This document shows positions 27,068 through 37,111 of a DNA stretch of 64,000 bases, piece after piece. Positions within the stretch are counted from its first letter, which is position 1. Each line of letters opens with the position of its first letter. Under the pieces are notes generated by a model. It saw nothing but the letters and a program-made list of their open reading frames with translations, did not search any database and had not been told where the DNA came from. The position numbers and the translations under genes were made by a program. The stretch is from Acidimicrobiia bacterium (GTDB taxonomy: Bacteria > Actinomycetota > Acidimicrobiia > Acidimicrobiales > JANYDT01), in assembly GCA_031418775.1 (NCBI GenBank), contig JANOJN010000272.1, positions 7,858-71,857 on the forward strand. The letters run 5' to 3'.

Positions 27068-27688
27068 ATGTTCGTCATCGGCATAGATCCAGGGCTGACG
27101 AGGTGCGGGTTCGGCGGCGTCCGTCGGACGAAGGCCGGGCTCGAAGCAGTCTGTCACGGGGTGCTGGTGACGGCGCCCGATTCCCCCCATCCCCGTCGTC
27201 TGCGTGACCTCCAACGCCAGCTCGTCGCGCTGATCTCCGAGCACCGGCCCGATGTGGTCGTCGTCGAGCGGGTGTTCTTCCAGACGAATGTCCGGACCGC
27301 CATCGGTGTTTCCCAGGCCAGTGGACTGGCGTTGGCGGCGGCCGACGAATTGGGGTGCGACATCGCGCAGTACACCTCGAACGAAGTGAAGCTGGCGATC
27401 ACCGGCGACGGCGCGGCGGAGAAGAAGCAGACCCAGGCGATGGTCGCCCGGACGTTGAAGCTGACCGAGCTCCCCCGTCCCTTCGACGCCGCTGACGCTC
27501 TGGCGCTTGCCATCCACCACCTCGGTATGGCGAGCTACGCCCGCCTTGCGTCGAGCTCGTTCGGTGCCACGCCGCACGCGGCGCCGGCGGGCGATGGCAT
27601 CGGCAATGCCCGGATCGCCACGTCCTTCGGCGGGGTGCGTCTCGCGGCGACACCGTCCGGTCCGTCCACCAAGGTGCGCGACCGGTGA
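27068..27688 (+). CDS. ruvC: Holliday junction resolvase RuvC
   Basis: IGIDPGLTRCG, VVERVFFQTN, EVKLAITGDGAAEKKQ, DAADALALAIHH. Confidence 0.95.
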   Translation: MFVIGIDPGLTRCGFGGVRRTKAGLEAVCHGVLVTAPDSPHPRRLRDLQRQLVALISEHRPDVVVVERVFFQTNVRTAIGVSQASGLALAAADELGCDIAQYTSNEVKLAITGDGAAEKKQTQAMVARTLKLTELPRPFDAADALALAIHHLGMASYARLASSSFGATPHAAPAGDGIGNARIATSFGGVRLAATPSGPSTKVRDR

Positions 27689-28323
27689 TCGGCTATCTAC
27701 GAGGCAACGTCGTCGACCGCACGCTCAAGGGGGAGCTCACCGTCGATGTCGGAGGAGTGGGGTACCGCGTCATCGTTCCCACGGCTCAGCTCGCCAGGAT
27801 GCTCAGCACACACGCGATGTCGTCGAATCCCGAGGTCACGTTGTTCGTGCACACCAGCGTGCGGGAGGACGCGATCACGCTCTACGGCTTCGCCACCCGC
27901 GACGACCGCACCTGCTTCGAGCTCGTGCTCACTGCCCACGGGGTCGGACCGTCGTTGGCGCTGGCGATTTTGAACATGCACTCGCCGGATTCCCTTCGCA
28001 CCGCACTCGCCACTGACGACGTCGACGCGCTCACCGCCGTGCCCGGTGTCGGCAAGAAGACCGCAGCCCGACTGCTCGTTGAACTCAAGAGCAAGCTCGC
28101 CGACCTCAACGACTACGACGGAGCGATCGCTGCGGCGGGAGACGCCTCACCGCTGCCGGTCGACTTCGTCGCCGATGCCAGGGCCGATGTGCGCGCCGCG
28201 TTGGCCGGGCTGGGTTACGGGGCCGACGAGATCCGGGCCGCCATCCGTCGGCTTCCCAGCGATGTGACCGATCCGTCGGCGTTGCTCAAACACGCTCTCG
28301 GTCTTCTCTCCACCGGTGTCTGA
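27685..28323 (+). CDS. ruvA: Holliday junction branch migration protein RuvA
   Basis: [49 protein letters not shown]. Confidence 0.96.
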   Translation: MIGYLRGNVVDRTLKGELTVDVGGVGYRVIVPTAQLARMLSTHAMSSNPEVTLFVHTSVREDAITLYGFATRDDRTCFELVLTAHGVGPSLALAILNMHSPDSLRTALATDDVDALTAVPGVGKKTAARLLVELKSKLADLNDYDGAIAAAGDASPLPVDFVADARADVRAALAGLGYGADEIRAAIRRLPSDVTDPSALLKHALGLLSTGV

Positions 28324-29372
28324 TGAGCGTTCCCCAAGATGACGACATTTCCGACGACGGCCTCGAGTCGCTCCGCCCGCGCAGTCTCGCGGAATTTGTC
28401 GGACAACCGCAGCTCAAGGAGCACCTCGGGATCGTGCTCGAGGCGGCGCGCAAGCGTGGGCAGGCGGCCGATCACCTGTTGTTCGCCGGCCCTCCCGGGC
28501 TTGGCAAGACCTCGCTCGCGGCGATCGTTGCGCTCGAGATGGGAGTCGGGTTTCGGATCACGTCGGGTCCGGCCCTCGAGCGCGCCGGCGATCTCGCCGC
28601 CATCCTCACAAATCTCGCCGAGAACGATGTGCTCTTCATCGACGAGATCCACCGACTGCCCCGCGCGGTCGAAGAGGTGCTCTACCCGGCGATGGAGGAC
28701 TTCCAGCTCGACATCGTGCTCGGCAAGGGGCCAAGTGCGAGGAGCCTGCGCCTCGATCTCCCCCCGTTCACGCTGATCGGTGCGACGACGAGGGCCGGCC
28801 TCATCACCGGTCCGTTGCGGGACCGCTTCGGCCACACCGCACGGCTCGACTACTACGGCGTCGACGATCTCCGCCGAATCGTCGAGCGGGCTGCTCGCAT
28901 CCTCGATGTGTCGATCGAGGCGGAAGGTGCCCACGAGATCGCGCGCCGCTCGCGAGGCACGCCGCGCATCGCGAACCGCCTGCTCCGCCGCATCCGCGAC
29001 TATGCAGAAGTGCGCGCTGAAGGCATCATCGACCTCGCCGCCGCGCGCAACGGCCTCGCCGTATTCGACATCGACGAACTCGGCCTCGACCGCGTCGATC
29101 GTGCCATCCTCCGCGCGCTCATAACCCGCTTCGGAGGGGGACCGGCCGGGCTCTCCACCCTCGCCATCAGTATCGGTGAGGATCCCGACACGCTCGAGTC
29201 GATGTACGAGCCGTTTCTCATCCAGATGGGCCTCATCAAGCGGACGCCGAAGGGCCGCGTGGCCATGCCCGCGGCCTGGGAACATCTTGGTCTCCTCGCG
29301 CCGAGTGATACCGCAACGACGCTCTGGGGGGATGACGGCGCTCCACCGTCTGACCGGCGCCTTTTCGACTGA
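28323..29372 (+). CDS. ruvB: Holliday junction helicase RuvB
   Basis: [53 protein letters not shown]. Confidence 0.97.
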   Translation: MSVPQDDDISDDGLESLRPRSLAEFVGQPQLKEHLGIVLEAARKRGQAADHLLFAGPPGLGKTSLAAIVALEMGVGFRITSGPALERAGDLAAILTNLAENDVLFIDEIHRLPRAVEEVLYPAMEDFQLDIVLGKGPSARSLRLDLPPFTLIGATTRAGLITGPLRDRFGHTARLDYYGVDDLRRIVERAARILDVSIEAEGAHEIARRSRGTPRIANRLLRRIRDYAEVRAEGIIDLAAARNGLAVFDIDELGLDRVDRAILRALITRFGGGPAGLSTLAISIGEDPDTLESMYEPFLIQMGLIKRTPKGRVAMPAAWEHLGLLAPSDTATTLWGDDGAPPSDRRLFD

Positions 29373-29446
29373 CCATTTCCATGACGACCACGGCCGAGTC
29401 CTCCTCCAACGCGTACGAGTCTCCGCGCCCTCCCTCGGGCACGCGG

Positions 29447-30475
29447 ATGGACGACTACGACTACGACCTTCCGTTCGCCTCCATCGCCCAGACACCGATC
29501 GAACCGCGCGATGCCGGTCGTCTGCTCGTCGCGCTTTCCGCGAACGCCGCCCCACAGCATCGCCACATCCTCGATCTCCCGTCCTTGCTCGAGCCCGGCG
29601 ACCTCCTGGTCGTCAACGAGACCCGGGTGATCCCCGCCCGACTGCATCTCCGCAAGCCCAGCGGCGGTGCGGTCGAGGTGCTGCTCCTGGAGCACCGCTC
29701 CGATCAGACGTGGCAGGCACTCGTGAAGCCGAGCCGCAAGGTTGCCGTCGGGACACGCCTACGGCCAGGTCCGGGGCTTGTCGTCGAGATCGGCGAGACG
29801 ACGGGTGGCGGCCAGCGCGTCGTCCGACTGCTCGGCGACGACGGCGAGCCGCTCGCCCACGGCGACGAGGAGAGAGCACTCGAGACGTTCGGGGAGGCTC
29901 CTCTACCCCCGTACATCACGGAACCCCTGGCCGACGCATCGCGCTATCAGACCACCTACGCGCGGGTGGCGGGGAGCGCCGCGGCGCCGACGGCTGGGTT
30001 GCACTTCACGCCAGCCCTGTTCAGCGCCCTACGCACGCGAGGCATCGAAGTGGCCAAGGTCGATCTAGCTGTCGGGCTCGATACGTTCCGTCCGGTCTTG
30101 GTCGATCGGCCGGAAGAGCACGACATCCACTCCGAGCGATACGACGTTCCGGCCGACACCTGGGACGCCGTCGTACGGACGCGGGCCTCCGGCGGCCGGG
30201 TGGTCGCGGTGGGTACCACGACCGTTCGTTCACTCGAGACGGTCGCCGCATCCGGTGTGCTCGCCGGTCGTACCAAACTGCTCATCTACGGGAACTATCC
30301 GTTCTCTGTTGTCGACGTCCTGCTCACCAACTTCCACCTTCCGCGTTCGTCGCTGCTACTCCTCGTCGAGGCATTCGCGGGGCCGCGTTGGCGGGACCTC
30401 TATGCCGAGGCCATCGACACCGGGTACCGATTCCTTTCCCTCGGCGACGCCATGCTCCTCGGACGCGGGGCCTGA
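29447..30475 (+). CDS. queA: S-adenosylmethionine:tRNA ribosyltransferase-isomerase
   Basis: DYDYDLP...IAQTP, NETRVIPAR, PLPPYI, YQTTYA, AAPTAGLHFT, VGTTTVRSLE, TNFHLPRSS, YRFLSLGDAM. Confidence 0.95.
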   Translation: MDDYDYDLPFASIAQTPIEPRDAGRLLVALSANAAPQHRHILDLPSLLEPGDLLVVNETRVIPARLHLRKPSGGAVEVLLLEHRSDQTWQALVKPSRKVAVGTRLRPGPGLVVEIGETTGGGQRVVRLLGDDGEPLAHGDEERALETFGEAPLPPYITEPLADASRYQTTYARVAGSAAAPTAGLHFTPALFSALRTRGIEVAKVDLAVGLDTFRPVLVDRPEEHDIHSERYDVPADTWDAVVRTRASGGRVVAVGTTTVRSLETVAASGVLAGRTKLLIYGNYPFSVVDVLLTNFHLPRSSLLLLVEAFAGPRWRDLYAEAIDTGYRFLSLGDAMLLGRGA

Positions 30476-30579
30476 CGCGTGCCGTCGAATCGAGCGTCGG
30501 TGACCATCGCGGTTGCCCGTTGTGGGTATTGTCATACAGTCCTCGTTTCTGCTCCGCTCAGGTCATAGGGTTTTCCCTC

Positions 30580-31320
30580 GTGAAGTTCGTCGTCGCAGAG
30601 TTCATGCTGTATGCGCTCGCGGCATTCGTCGTGGGGGTCGCCGCGGGCACCACGTGGCAGCGGCGACCGATCCGCCGCGCCGGTGACCGCGTCCGTGTTC
30701 TCGAGCGGGCCAAACTCAGTGCCGACCAACGGTGGATCGGCGTCGAGCGCGAGCGCGAGGCGTTGAAGGTCGAACTTGCCGAGGCTCGAGCGATGCTCGG
30801 TTCGGTGACCGAACTGCGATCACGGCTTGCCGAAGCCCATGCGGAACGTCAGGCCGCTGTTGCCGCCCGCGAAGCCGCGGACCATCACGTCATCCGACTG
30901 CGCGCCGACCTCGATGCCCGGACACTGCCCATGTTCACCCCTGTGCAACTGACGGTTGACGATGGCGAGGACAGCAGCGAACTTCTCGGACGACGGGCAG
31001 AGCAGGATCGACAGGTCGAACGCGACCTCGCCGATCGGCTCGAACTCGTACGTCGCAACGAGGCGCTCAACGCGTCGCTCACCGAGCGACTCCTCGCGGC
31101 GGAGCGCCACGTGCGAGATCTGCAGCACCGGCACAACAGCTACGTACGGTCGGCGCAGGCAGCGTTGACCGCGGCCGTCGTCCGGGCGGAACAGGCCGAG
31201 GCGGGCCTCTCCGTGGCCCGTGCCGCTCTCAGTCGCGTAGAGTCCGGCAACGCTGCTGCAACCGTGATCGATCTGCGCACGTATCAACCCGCAGGCGCGT
31301 CGGGTCCCGAACCGGTGTGA
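30580..31320 (+). CDS. N-terminal TM plus coiled-coil protein (ArfB/C-like N-terminus)
   Basis: GTG 30580: VKFVVAEFMLYALAAFVVGVAAG then heptad E/R/L/A-rich helix; GTGA overlap with next gene. Confidence 0.65.
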   Translation: MKFVVAEFMLYALAAFVVGVAAGTTWQRRPIRRAGDRVRVLERAKLSADQRWIGVEREREALKVELAEARAMLGSVTELRSRLAEAHAERQAAVAAREAADHHVIRLRADLDARTLPMFTPVQLTVDDGEDSSELLGRRAEQDRQVERDLADRLELVRRNEALNASLTERLLAAERHVRDLQHRHNSYVRSAQAALTAAVVRAEQAEAGLSVARAALSRVESGNAAATVIDLRTYQPAGASGPEPV

Positions 31321-32222
31321 TCGTCAAGCCGAGGTCGGCGTTCGGCGTCCAGAGCGGGGAACCCGACCTAACCTTCTCGGACGGTGATTTCCTGCCCGGT
31401 CGCGCCACGGCCGTGCTCATCGGGGTCGTTGGTCTTGTCGGTGTGATCTCGTTCGGTTCGATCGTCGGCATTCCCCATGTGGAGCGCCACCTTCGCTCCG
31501 ACGTCGAGGCCAATGTCCTCGGCGGGACTGACGTCGAGGTGCGCTTCGATGGTCGAGTCGCAGTGCTCTCCGGGTCGGCGCGCTCATCCGATGAGCGGCG
31601 CGCCGTGATCGATCGGGTCGCTCGCCGCTGGGGCGTCGCGCGTGTCGACGCCGACCGGCTCACCGCACCCGCCCGGCCGAAGAGCGCGCCGTCGTCTCCT
31701 CCGCGCATCGCAGGGGCATCCGATGTCCGCGAAACGAAGCGGCCGTCCGTTGGCCCGACGACGGCAACCGCCCGAGCCGCGGTACTCAGCCCCGTCTCGA
31801 CGCCGCCGACCACGACGATCGTCATCGACGAAGCCGAAGTCGTCAGGTTGGCGACCGAACTCGCGTCGATCGGCCGCTCCTCGCCGATCACCTTTGCCCG
31901 TTCGAGTCCGACCCTGCTCCCCTCGGCAGAGATCACGCTCGATCGCATCGCGGCGGCCCTGGCCAAGACGCCTGTGCCGATTCGGATCGAAGCACACACC
32001 GACTCCAGTGGCGACCCCGGTCGCAACGCCGCGCTGAGCACCCAACGGGCCGAGGCTGTACGTGCTGCTCTGATCCTCCGGGGCACCAACCCGTCGATCG
32101 TGTCCGCAGTTGGACGAGGGGAGTCGAGCCCGATCGCCAGCAACACCTCCGCCGCAGGACGAGAACGAAATCGACGAGTCGAGTTCGTCGTCGTCGGACC
32201 GGGAGCGCCGGTGAGTCCCTAG
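31317..32222 (+). CDS. TM-BON-OmpA(C) protein (ArfA-like)
   Basis: TM; VRFDGRVAVLSG...WGVARVD (BON); HTDSSGDPGRNAALSTQRAEAV, GRGESSP, RNRRVEF. Confidence 0.88.
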   Translation: MIVKPRSAFGVQSGEPDLTFSDGDFLPGRATAVLIGVVGLVGVISFGSIVGIPHVERHLRSDVEANVLGGTDVEVRFDGRVAVLSGSARSSDERRAVIDRVARRWGVARVDADRLTAPARPKSAPSSPPRIAGASDVRETKRPSVGPTTATARAAVLSPVSTPPTTTIVIDEAEVVRLATELASIGRSSPITFARSSPTLLPSAEITLDRIAAALAKTPVPIRIEAHTDSSGDPGRNAALSTQRAEAVRAALILRGTNPSIVSAVGRGESSPIASNTSAAGRERNRRVEFVVVGPGAPVSP

Positions 32223-32355
32223 CTCTGGTGTTCCCTCTCGCTGTGCGCCCGCCGTGACCGATTGCCACGAATCGGGACCGCCGGGGAACTACGTTCGTTG
32301 GCCCAGCCGGGTTTCGTCGTGTCTCGGCGAGTTCTGTGAGACCTGAGGTCAAACG

Positions 32356-33588
32356 ATGTCGTTTCTCATTGCCCACTCGTTCGTTCTTCTCCTGATCGCT
32401 ACCGCCGTCGGTCTTGTCGCCGGCTGGCTCATCTGGGGAGGCAACACCCGCGCCGAGCAGACCGGCGTCGTCAACGCGACTTCGATGTCAAGCGAGCTCG
32501 AGGCGCTGCGCGGTGAGCTCGACGCACGTACCGGCGACGTTGCCCGTCTCCGTCGCAAGCTCAAGCGGGCCGTGGAAGAGCTTGAGAGCCACGCCACGCA
32601 ACTCGCCGAGGCCGAAGATCGGATCGCAACACAGAGCTCCTCGGCCTACGTGGGAGCACCGCTGCTCGTCGAGGACCCCGAGCTGATGGCCGAGGTCGTT
32701 GCGCTGCGCGAGCAGCTCGCCTTCGATCGTTCCGCTCTCAACGACGCGAGGGCCGCCCTCGAAAGCCTTCGCGCCGAACACGAAGACGTGCTCCACCAAC
32801 TCCGCGCCGCCGAAGCCCGCTCGGCGGAACTCGACGACGACCTCGGCGTGGCGCGGGCGCAACTTGTGGGTGCCGAGGATGGTCAGGCCGCCCGGGCGCA
32901 GCTCACCGTTCTCGAGGGCGAGTTGTACGAGGCCCAGACCCTGATCCGTGATGCCGCCGAACGGGTGACGTATCTCGAGCGACAGGCCTTGCTGTGGCAG
33001 AACGAGGCGGACCGGCTCCAAGCCGCCATTGACGACAACGCCGCCGCCGAGGCGCAGCGCCTCGAGACGAGCGAGCGGGAGAACCAGGCGCTCCTTCGCG
33101 AACACGAGACGGCGTTGGCGTCGCTGCGGATGGAGGCGTCGAGCAGTCGACTTCGCGCCGACGCGGCAGCGGAGCACCTTGTTCGGCTGCAGCGTGAGTT
33201 CCGAGCTGTTCAGGAGCGTTCCTCCGTCCACCTCGAAACGACGCAGGCCGCAATGGCCGACCTCGACCGCCAGCTCGCCGCTGCTCATGCCACGCTCAGC
33301 GACGGCGCCCCGCAGCGGGTGGCCGAACCGTCGTCGGTAGCGCTCGACCCGGCCGGGCTGCTCGCCCTGCCCGGAATGACCGAGCAACTCGTTGAGCATC
33401 TCCACGACCTCGGGGTGGATTCGTTGACTGAGGTGTCCCGGTGGTCGCCCGACGACATCGCCCGCATCGCCGCGTGGCTTCCCGAGCATCCGGACGTGAT
33501 CACCGCGAATGACTGGGTCGTGTCCGCACGAGCGCTGCTCTCGGGCGGCTCGGACAACTCCGTCGGCTCAAACACGACCGGGTTCTGA
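32356..33588 (+). CDS. N-terminal TM, coiled coil and C-terminal helix-hairpin-helix-like (COG3743-type) domain (ArfC-like)
   Basis: MSFLIAHSFVLLLIATAVGLVAGWLIWG; long heptad region; LLALPGMTEQLVEHLHDLGVDSLTEVSRWSPDDI...DWVVSARAL. Confidence 0.7.
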   Translation: MSFLIAHSFVLLLIATAVGLVAGWLIWGGNTRAEQTGVVNATSMSSELEALRGELDARTGDVARLRRKLKRAVEELESHATQLAEAEDRIATQSSSAYVGAPLLVEDPELMAEVVALREQLAFDRSALNDARAALESLRAEHEDVLHQLRAAEARSAELDDDLGVARAQLVGAEDGQAARAQLTVLEGELYEAQTLIRDAAERVTYLERQALLWQNEADRLQAAIDDNAAAEAQRLETSERENQALLREHETALASLRMEASSSRLRADAAAEHLVRLQREFRAVQERSSVHLETTQAAMADLDRQLAAAHATLSDGAPQRVAEPSSVALDPAGLLALPGMTEQLVEHLHDLGVDSLTEVSRWSPDDIARIAAWLPEHPDVITANDWVVSARALLSGGSDNSVGSNTTGF

Positions 33589-33589
33589 C

Positions 33590-34903
33590 GTGGCACGGTC
33601 GACCCGGACGGAGCAGCGGCTCGAATCACGCGTCGACGGATCGGTTGCCGATGACATTCCGCTGCTGAGTGATCGCCGTCGCCGGAGATCCCTTGCCGTC
33701 GCCTTGATCTTGGCGGAACTCGTGTTGCTCACTGCTGGCGTCGTCTTGTTCCGCCGCAACGCCATCGAGAACCAACTCGAGCGGTCGGTCCTCGATGCCG
33801 TCCTGATCGATCATCCGGGTTTGAAGGTGACCGCCAGCGGTCGGGACATCAAGATTTCTGGTGTCGTGAAGGACGCAACGGCGAGGGGGGTCGTGGCCAA
33901 GATCGCCCGGAGCCGTCCGGGCGTGCGGAGCGTTGACGTTTCCGGAGTCGGCAAGGCATCCCAACTCGACCCCGCCAACACCGGAACGATTCCCGATGGA
34001 ACGCCCGTTCCGACAACAGCAATGCCGCCGGTTCGTCCCCCTCAGGTTTCCGCCGTGTTCGCCCCGTCAAAGGTGACGTTGCGCGGTGAGGTGCCGAATG
34101 CCGAGGCCAAGACGGCCTTGCTTGGGCGACTTCTCGAACGCGTCGACGAGTTGAAAGTACTCGACGAGTTGGTTGTGACGACCAAACCCAAAGAGCGTCC
34201 GGACCTTGCGCAGTACCGTCGGCTCGGCACCTTCCTCGACACGATCGCCCGCCTCGACCCGCCTCGGGCCACGGTGAACTTCGACCGCACGATCCTGTCT
34301 CTCGACGCCGATGTGTCCACCAGCGCCGATCGAGATCTGCTGCGCCGCGAGAGTGTCGTGCTCGTTGGAGGATCGCCTGATCGCGTCCGCGGCGAGATCA
34401 ATGTCACCGCTTCGTCGGATACAACGACTGCCACCGAGTCGACCATCGCGGGGGCGGCGACCACCACGATCGCGGGGTCCACGACCACGGCGACCGACGG
34501 AGCGTCGAACACTGTCCCCCCGATTCCCTCCACGCCGCAGGCGCAGGCTGCGCAGACAGCGATCACCACGGCGATAGATAGCAGGTCGATCTCCTTCGCC
34601 AGGAGCTCGGCCTCCCTGAGCGACGAGGGCAAGTCGGTCGTGGCGGACGTCGCTGCGGCCCTGAAGCAGTCGACGGCGAAGATCGAAGTCGGCGGCCACA
34701 CCGACTGGAAGGGCCCCGCGCCCGTGAATCTCGAGCTCTCCCAGGCGCGGGCCGACACCGTGCGAGGGGCGCTCATCAAGGCCGGGATCGATCCTGCCCG
34801 GATCACGGCGAAGGGATACGGGGAAGAGATCCCGGTCGCGTCGAACGACACCGATTCCGGTCTCGCCAAGAACCGGCGCATCGAAATCCGCGTCGTCGGG
34901 TAG
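33590..34903 (+). CDS. TM-BON-OmpA(C) protein 2 (ArfA-like)
   Basis: TM; VTASGRDIKISG...PGVRSVD; VTLRGEVP; HTDWKGPAPVNLELSQARADTV, GYGEEIP, KNRRIEI; GTG start inferred. Confidence 0.88.
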   Translation: MARSTRTEQRLESRVDGSVADDIPLLSDRRRRRSLAVALILAELVLLTAGVVLFRRNAIENQLERSVLDAVLIDHPGLKVTASGRDIKISGVVKDATARGVVAKIARSRPGVRSVDVSGVGKASQLDPANTGTIPDGTPVPTTAMPPVRPPQVSAVFAPSKVTLRGEVPNAEAKTALLGRLLERVDELKVLDELVVTTKPKERPDLAQYRRLGTFLDTIARLDPPRATVNFDRTILSLDADVSTSADRDLLRRESVVLVGGSPDRVRGEINVTASSDTTTATESTIAGAATTTIAGSTTTATDGASNTVPPIPSTPQAQAAQTAITTAIDSRSISFARSSASLSDEGKSVVADVAAALKQSTAKIEVGGHTDWKGPAPVNLELSQARADTVRGALIKAGIDPARITAKGYGEEIPVASNDTDSGLAKNRRIEIRVVG

Positions 34904-34990
34904 GTCGTTCTCCGTCCGAACTCGCCCTCCGGACCGCTTCGGCCTGGCGCGAGTTGGTGGCGATCAGCTGTTCGCGGCGAGGATGTCTCC

Positions 34991-35791
34991 ATGGCATGGA
35001 ACGACAGAACCGGTGACGAGCTCCTCTACGACGTGACTGGCCATGTGGCCACGATCACGTTCAACCGCCCGGACCAGATGAACACGATCACCGGACCGAT
35101 GCTCGACCTCCTCAGCGAGCTGCTGATCAAGGCCGACAAGGACAACGAGATCAGGTGCATCATCCTCACCGGGAACGGGCGCGCCTGGTGCGCCGGCCTC
35201 GATGTGAGGGCGCAGAGCAAAGGTGGTGGTCTGTCTCTCGGTGGCGTGCCTGAGATCGAGATGCGGTCCACACCGCCGATCGTGCTCTACGGAATCGACA
35301 CGCCGATCATTGCCGCGCTCAACGGTGGAGCCGCAGGCTACGGTCTCGATGTCGCCCTCGGTTGCGACATCCGCCTCGCCGCTCGCTCGGCCAAGTTGGC
35401 GTTTGCCTTCGCCAAGCGCGGCGTGCTCCCCGAGAGCGGCGGCACCTGGCTGCTCCCGCGGATCGTCGGCCGTTCCCTCGCCGCGGAGCTCATGCTCACG
35501 GGCCGGACCCTCGATGCCGATGCGTCGCTCGCGGCCGGCCTGGTGAGCCGGGTCGTCGACGATGCCGAACTGGCAGAGGTCGCGATGTCGGTGGCCCAGG
35601 AGATCGCAGCGAACGCTCCGCTCGCCACCCGCGCCATCAAGCGGATGCTGCGCGCCGGCGAGGGAGAGCAGTTCGACGCTCACATCCACCACGTGTTCCT
35701 CCAGCTGCTGCCCCTGGTCGGTTCGAAGGACTTCGCCGAGGGCGTGGCGTCGTATCTCGAACGCCGCCCGCCGACGTTCATCGGGCGCTAG
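34991..35791 (+). CDS. Enoyl-CoA hydratase/isomerase
   Basis: ITFNRPDQMN, AWCAGLD, AALNGGAAGYG, AFAKRGVLPESGGTWLLPR, NAPLA. Confidence 0.9.
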   Translation: MAWNDRTGDELLYDVTGHVATITFNRPDQMNTITGPMLDLLSELLIKADKDNEIRCIILTGNGRAWCAGLDVRAQSKGGGLSLGGVPEIEMRSTPPIVLYGIDTPIIAALNGGAAGYGLDVALGCDIRLAARSAKLAFAFAKRGVLPESGGTWLLPRIVGRSLAAELMLTGRTLDADASLAAGLVSRVVDDAELAEVAMSVAQEIAANAPLATRAIKRMLRAGEGEQFDAHIHHVFLQLLPLVGSKDFAEGVASYLERRPPTFIGR

Positions 35792-35801
35792 TGCACTGAG
35801 T

Positions 35802-35884
35802 CGGAAGTTCCTGTTACATCGATCCTTCGGACAATGCGCCGAAGTACAACCAATCAGCGCCATTCGATGTCACAGGAACTTCCG
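35802..35884. repeat. 21-bp inverted repeat (one mismatch) flanking a 41-nt spacer
   Basis: CGGAAGTTCCTGTTACATCGA / TCGATGTCACAGGAACTTCCG; internal CTTCGG...CCGAAG. Confidence 0.75.
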
Positions 35885-35953
35885 CGAAGATGCGCTCGTG
35901 CGAGGGGCGATGCACCTGCGCCCATAAGTTGAGCGATCGATTAGCTTGGGTGG

Positions 35954-37048
35954 ATGGTTTTCCGCTCGCGCCGCTCGCTATGCGCCGGGCTTCTGGTCAC
36001 GCTTGTCGTGGCGGGATGCGGCAGCGACAAAGCTGCCTCGACCGACGCCGTGGATGCCGTCACCGAAACCTCCGCCGCCACCGGTGCGCCTGCGCCCGCC
36101 GGGAGCGGATGCGGGGGAGGGGCGCCGGTCATCGGTCGGCCCCTCATCGTCGCCACCACGGTTGCGCCGATCACCAGCATCATCGCCAACCTCACGAGCG
36201 GCACCGACACCATCGTGACCGGTCTCGTGCCGGAAGGCACGAACTCGCACACGTTTGAACCCCCGCCCTCGGCGGCGAAGACCGTGTCCGACGCCGACAT
36301 CGTCTTCATCAACGGACTGAAGCTCGAAGAGCCGACCAAGGATCTCGCCGCCACGAACGCGAAGGGCGGCTCACAGATCTGCGAGCTCGGTACGGCGATC
36401 CTGCCCGAATCCGAGTGGATCTTCGACTTCTCCTTCCCCAAGGACGGCGGCAAACCGAACCCGCACCTGTGGACCAACCCACCGATGGCCAAGGACTACG
36501 CCCGGGTCGCGTTCGAGACCCTCGTCGCCCGTGACCCGGACGACAAGGCCGTCTACGAGCGGAACTACGTCGCCTACGCCGCCAAGATCGACGAGCTCGA
36601 CGCCGCCATGGTCGAAGCAACGGCCAGCGTGCCTGCCACCAACCGCCAGCTCCTCACGTACCACGACGCCTACGCGTACTTCGCCAAGCACTACGGCTGG
36701 GAGGTCGTCGGCGCGATTCAGCCGTCTTCGTTCGACGAGCCCACAGCGAAGGAAGTGGCCGGTCTGATCGAGCAGATCAAGGAGAAGAAGGTCCCGGCCA
36801 TCTTCGGCTCCGAAGTCTTCCCCTCTCCCGTGCTTGAGCAGATCGGCAAGGAGACCGGCGCGAAGTACGTCGACGTTCTCCGTGACGACGACCTTCCCGG
36901 TACTCCGGGCGATCCCGAACACTCCTTCCTCGGCCTCATGCGCTTCGACTACGTCACCATGGTCGGCGCCCTGGGCGGAGACGCAAATGGTCTCAAGGCC
37001 CTCGACATGACCGACGTCGGACCCGACTCGGCAAAGTATCCGCAATGA
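35954..37048 (+). CDS. Metal (Zn/Mn/Fe) ABC transporter substrate-binding lipoprotein
   Basis: Lipobox VVAGC; NSHTFEP, NGLKLE, NPHLWTNP, TYHDAYAYF, GSE, LRDD. Confidence 0.92.
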   Translation: MVFRSRRSLCAGLLVTLVVAGCGSDKAASTDAVDAVTETSAATGAPAPAGSGCGGGAPVIGRPLIVATTVAPITSIIANLTSGTDTIVTGLVPEGTNSHTFEPPPSAAKTVSDADIVFINGLKLEEPTKDLAATNAKGGSQICELGTAILPESEWIFDFSFPKDGGKPNPHLWTNPPMAKDYARVAFETLVARDPDDKAVYERNYVAYAAKIDELDAAMVEATASVPATNRQLLTYHDAYAYFAKHYGWEVVGAIQPSSFDEPTAKEVAGLIEQIKEKKVPAIFGSEVFPSPVLEQIGKETGAKYVDVLRDDDLPGTPGDPEHSFLGLMRFDYVTMVGALGGDANGLKALDMTDVGPDSAKYPQ

Positions 37049-37111
37049 CCTCGGTATTTTGGCGCGGCAGGGCGTCGGTCGGCATCGGGTGTCGCGTACG
37101 AAAGGGCGATC

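Noticed and set aside
35792-35953. yybP-ykoY (Mn) riboswitch or Zur box before the metal ABC operon
   Set aside because: I could not find the conserved riboswitch loop sequences or a convincing Zur-type palindrome; only the inverted repeat is supported.
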